DNA of 64,000 nucleotides from Gemmatimonadales bacterium (GTDB taxonomy: Bacteria; Gemmatimonadota; Gemmatimonadetes; Gemmatimonadales; GWC2-71-9). The stretch lies in contig DATMDQ010000151.1 of NCBI GenBank assembly GCA_035557715.1, positions 2,464 through 66,463 on the forward strand. Direction: 5' to 3'. Both the position numbers and the translations under genes were made by a program. The notes under the pieces are model-generated. The model was not told the DNA's origin. It saw only the letters and a list, made by a program, of their open reading frames with translations, and did no database searches. Of the stretch, positions 61,554 to 64,000 are shown piece by piece; the first letter of the stretch is position 1, and every line of letters starts with the position of its first letter.

Positions 61554-62581
61554 GAATGGACGTCGCGAATCTCGGGGGGCAGCGCGTCGAGGAGCTGCTT
61601 CATCGAAGCAGCCCGCTTGCTCGGCATGACCAGGATCCGTCCGTTCGCCTGCACCACGATCAGGTCCTGGACTCCGCTGAGGACAACGGTATCCCGGTCG
61701 GACCAGACGATGCAGTCTTCCGAATCGTGCATGAAGGCGCTGCCGACGACCAGATTGCCGCTCGTGTCCTTGGGACGAACCCGGGTCAGCGCCTGCCAGG
61801 TGCCGATGTCGTCCCAGGCAAAGGCGCCGCTCACCACCGCCACCGACGCGCTCCGCTCCAGCAGTCCCACGTCGATGGAGATCGGCGTTACCTCGGTGAA
61901 GAAGTGCTCGACCTGGCCGGCCCTGAGCGCCGGTAGATGGGGCGATACCTCCGGAGTGTTGGCCGCCACCTCCGCCAGCAGCCGCCCGGCCGTCCAGGCG
62001 AAGAGCCCGCTGTTCCACAGCGCGCCGGCTGCCATCAGATCGAGTGCCGTGGCGGCATCCGGCTTCTCGGAGAATCGCGCCACCATTCTGGCGCCGTCTC
62101 CGAGCGGCGGCCCGGGCACGATGTAGCCGTATCCGGTTTCGGGACGCGAGGGCACCACGCCGACGGTGACCAGGCAGTCGTGCTGTCGGGCGATGCTGAG
62201 CGCGGTCTCAGCCGTGCGGCGAAAAGCAGCGGCATCGCCCACGGCCCAGTCGGCGTGGAGCGACAGCACCTCGGCGTCAGGGTCACGGCGCTGCGCCTCC
62301 CACGTGGCCCAGATCAGGGCCGGCGCGGTGGACGCAGCGCGGGGCTCGACCAGGATATTGGACTCGGGAAGGTTGAGACGCTGCTGGATCTGCCTGGCCA
62401 ATGCAGCACCAGTCACGACCAGGATGCGCTCACGCGGGATCAGCCCCGTCAGCCGGTCGATCGACTCTTCAGCCGTCGAAACGGAGCCGGCCAGCGGCAG
62501 CAGCTGCTTCGGATTCTCCGGTGTGCTGAGCGGCCAGAAACGTGTCCCCGAGCCACCGGCAAGAATGACAGCCCATCTCAT
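61550..62581 (-). CDS. manC: Mannose-1-phosphate guanylyltransferase
   Basis: ILAGGSGTRFWPLS, PKQLLPL, EP...STAPA, HAD, GYGYI, FSEKP, WNSG, WDDIG. Confidence 0.88.
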   Translation of the reverse strand: MRWAVILAGGSGTRFWPLSTPENPKQLLPLAGSVSTAEESIDRLTGLIPRERILVVTGAALARQIQQRLNLPESNILVEPRAASTAPALIWATWEAQRRDPDAEVLSLHADWAVGDAAAFRRTAETALSIARQHDCLVTVGVVPSRPETGYGYIVPGPPLGDGARMVARFSEKPDAATALDLMAAGALWNSGLFAWTAGRLLAEVAANTPEVSPHLPALRAGQVEHFFTEVTPISIDVGLLERSASVAVVSGAFAWDDIGTWQALTRVRPKDTSGNLVVGSAFMHDSEDCIVWSDRDTVVLSGVQDLIVVQANGRILVMPSKRAASMKQLLDALPPEIRDVHS

Positions 62582-62585
62582 AAGG

Positions 62586-62781
62586 GCGGGGAAGCGGGGA
62601 AGCGGGGAAGCGGGGAAGCTTCTTGGAGGAGAAGATCTCTGAGGTGAGTAATTGCTGAAGCTCCGAAAGTTAAGCTTCGTGAATGAACGGTGTTGAGAGC
62701 GTAAAATCTACCGGGGGGCATTGAATGTACATAGGTAAGAAATGGTCGAACTTCTGTCCCGCCTCCCCGCCTCCCCGCCTC
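62586..62781. repeat. Octamer-array inverted repeat
   Basis: GCGGGGAA x4 (62586-62617) and CCCGCCTC x3 (62758-62781), flanking an AT-richer spacer of about 140 nt. Confidence 0.85.
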
Positions 62782-63141
62782 CTACCCGGTGATCGCCGCC
62801 GCCAGCGCCGAGCGGTGTTGGCGCAAGTCGTAGAGCACCTCACCGACGTTCGCGTCTGGCTGGGCCAGAATCGCCAGGCAGTCGCCCGGGCCGATCTGGG
62901 CCACCACCAGGAGGCCGCGCTCGTACTCGACGACCACGGTGCGGAGCGCGCCTCGTGCGGCGCCGACACCGAGTCGGGTGCCGTACTGCACCAGGGTTGC
63001 GGTGAGGGCGGCCAGGGTTTCAGCCTCGAACGGCTGGTGTGCGGCGTGCTCGATCGGCAGGCCATCGGCGCTCAATACCAGGACCGCCTCGATTCCATCT
63101 CGAGCGGCCAGACCGCGCACCACCTCACCCAAGCTTGCCAT
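62782..63141 (-). CDS. Roadblock/LC7 (MglB-like) domain protein
   Basis: AVLVLSADGLPI, LAALTA, VVEYERG, ANVGEVLYDL. Confidence 0.82.
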   Translation of the reverse strand: MASLGEVVRGLAARDGIEAVLVLSADGLPIEHAAHQPFEAETLAALTATLVQYGTRLGVGAARGALRTVVVEYERGLLVVAQIGPGDCLAILAQPDANVGEVLYDLRQHRSALAAAITG

Positions 63142-63243
63142 TCAGTTCGCTCCGGGCCGCAGAAAAAAGTTAGGCGCAACGTATGAGTCGCTCGGGGCGA
63201 AGTCAAGAAATGACGCCGGGTTGGGGCCACCGCCCGCTTCCGG

Positions 63244-63272
63244 TTGACCCCTCTTCGCCCGGGGCTTAACCT
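63244..63272 (+). promoter_or_regulatory. sigma70-type promoter, short or absent leader
   Basis: TTGACC, 17-nt spacer, TAACCT; ATG follows 9 nt later with no SD. Confidence 0.55.
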
Positions 63273-63281
63273 TCCCGCTCA

Positions 63282-63839
63282 ATGCGACGACTTTCCCTGA
63301 TTTTCCTGCTGCTCGCCCCGGGCGGCATCGCCTGCAGCGACTCGAACGACTTGCCCGATGCCACGATCGCCAACGTGGAGCGGGTCGATACGCTTTGGGC
63401 CCTGGTCGGCACTCCGGTCTCGACCCCGAGCGGGTATTCGGTGCAGGGCAGCCAGAGGGTGCGAACCGATCTCTCGGTGGAGTTCGACTTTGCGTACAAT
63501 GTCGAAACTGCGATAGAACACGTTTTCCTGCCCCGAGCCGCGCTGGGTATCGACACCGCTGCCGCAGCAAAGCCTGGGTTTCTGCTGCAGACTGAGAGCT
63601 TCGAGGCCATCACCGTGGCCCCCAGCAACGGGTACATCACCGATACCGCGGTGCCGATCGCCGTGGGGCAACGCTACGTTGTGCGGAGCCGGATCACCTG
63701 CACCAATCTCGGCGTTCCCAAGTACGCCAAGATGGAAATCCTGTCGTTCGATGAGGCCACGCGGATTGTATCGTTTCGGATCCTGGTGAACGACAACTGC
63801 GGGTTCAAGGGCCTCGAACCCGGTCTCCCCGACCGGTAA
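63282..63839 (+). CDS. Hypothetical lipoprotein
   Basis: Lipobox GIAC; beta-rich; YAKMEIL...NCGFKGL. Confidence 0.65.
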   Translation: MRRLSLIFLLLAPGGIACSDSNDLPDATIANVERVDTLWALVGTPVSTPSGYSVQGSQRVRTDLSVEFDFAYNVETAIEHVFLPRAALGIDTAAAAKPGFLLQTESFEAITVAPSNGYITDTAVPIAVGQRYVVRSRITCTNLGVPKYAKMEILSFDEATRIVSFRILVNDNCGFKGLEPGLPDR

Positions 63840-63841
63840 GT

Positions 63842-64000
63842 GTGATCGACCTCAAGCGACTCCGGCAGGATCCGGCCGGCAGCCGCGCCAGCCTGATGCG
63901 ACGTGACGATCCGTCGCTCGCAACGACTCTCGATACCTTGCTCGACCTCGACCGCCAGCGGCGCGAGCTGCTGGTGCGGGCCGAGGCGCTGAAGGCGGAG
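63842..64000 (+). CDS. serS: Seryl-tRNA synthetase, 5' part
   Basis: GTG start; MIDLKRLRQDP...LDLDRQRRELLVRAEALKAE matches the SerRS N-terminal coiled coil; runs off the window. Confidence 0.85.
   Translation, partial: MIDLKRLRQDPAGSRASLMRRDDPSLATTLDTLLDLDRQRRELLVRAEALKAE

Overview
GC-rich bacterial chromosome segment. Gene order and protein families suggest Gemmatimonadota (inference; no database search was run). Most of the window is core or metabolic: an omega-amino-acid/polyamine catabolic operon with a convergent thiolase, tRNA-Ser(GGA), a DUF2946-like uORF/TonB receptor/BNR-repeat module, pyrR-pyrB-pyrC, rpsT, scpAB-rluB, a moxR/Bat operon, mutL-miaA-bshA-uppP-birA-coaX, CIRCE-controlled groES-groEL, a manC operon and the start of serS. 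No integrase, transposase, CRISPR array or rRNA was seen. The standout is a self-contained accessory locus at about 45.4-59.6 kb. A large membrane-spanning SARP/BTAD-AAA regulator sits divergently from a nine-gene run, and eight of those genes have apparent Sec signal peptides. They encode two paralogous proteins each with two tandem phage/eCIS tail-tube (gp19-like) domains, an Hcp/TssD-like tube protein, two OmpA-like proteins with degenerate peptidoglycan-binding motifs, two FN3 proteins sharing an unassigned acidic domain, and a protein made of a duplicated 125-aa domain. There is no sheath, baseplate, spike or T6SS membrane complex in the window, so this looks like an exported, non-contractile use of injection-system tube folds. 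A second notable pattern is seven intergenic inverted-repeat elements built from 7-8-nt tandem units that differ from site to site.
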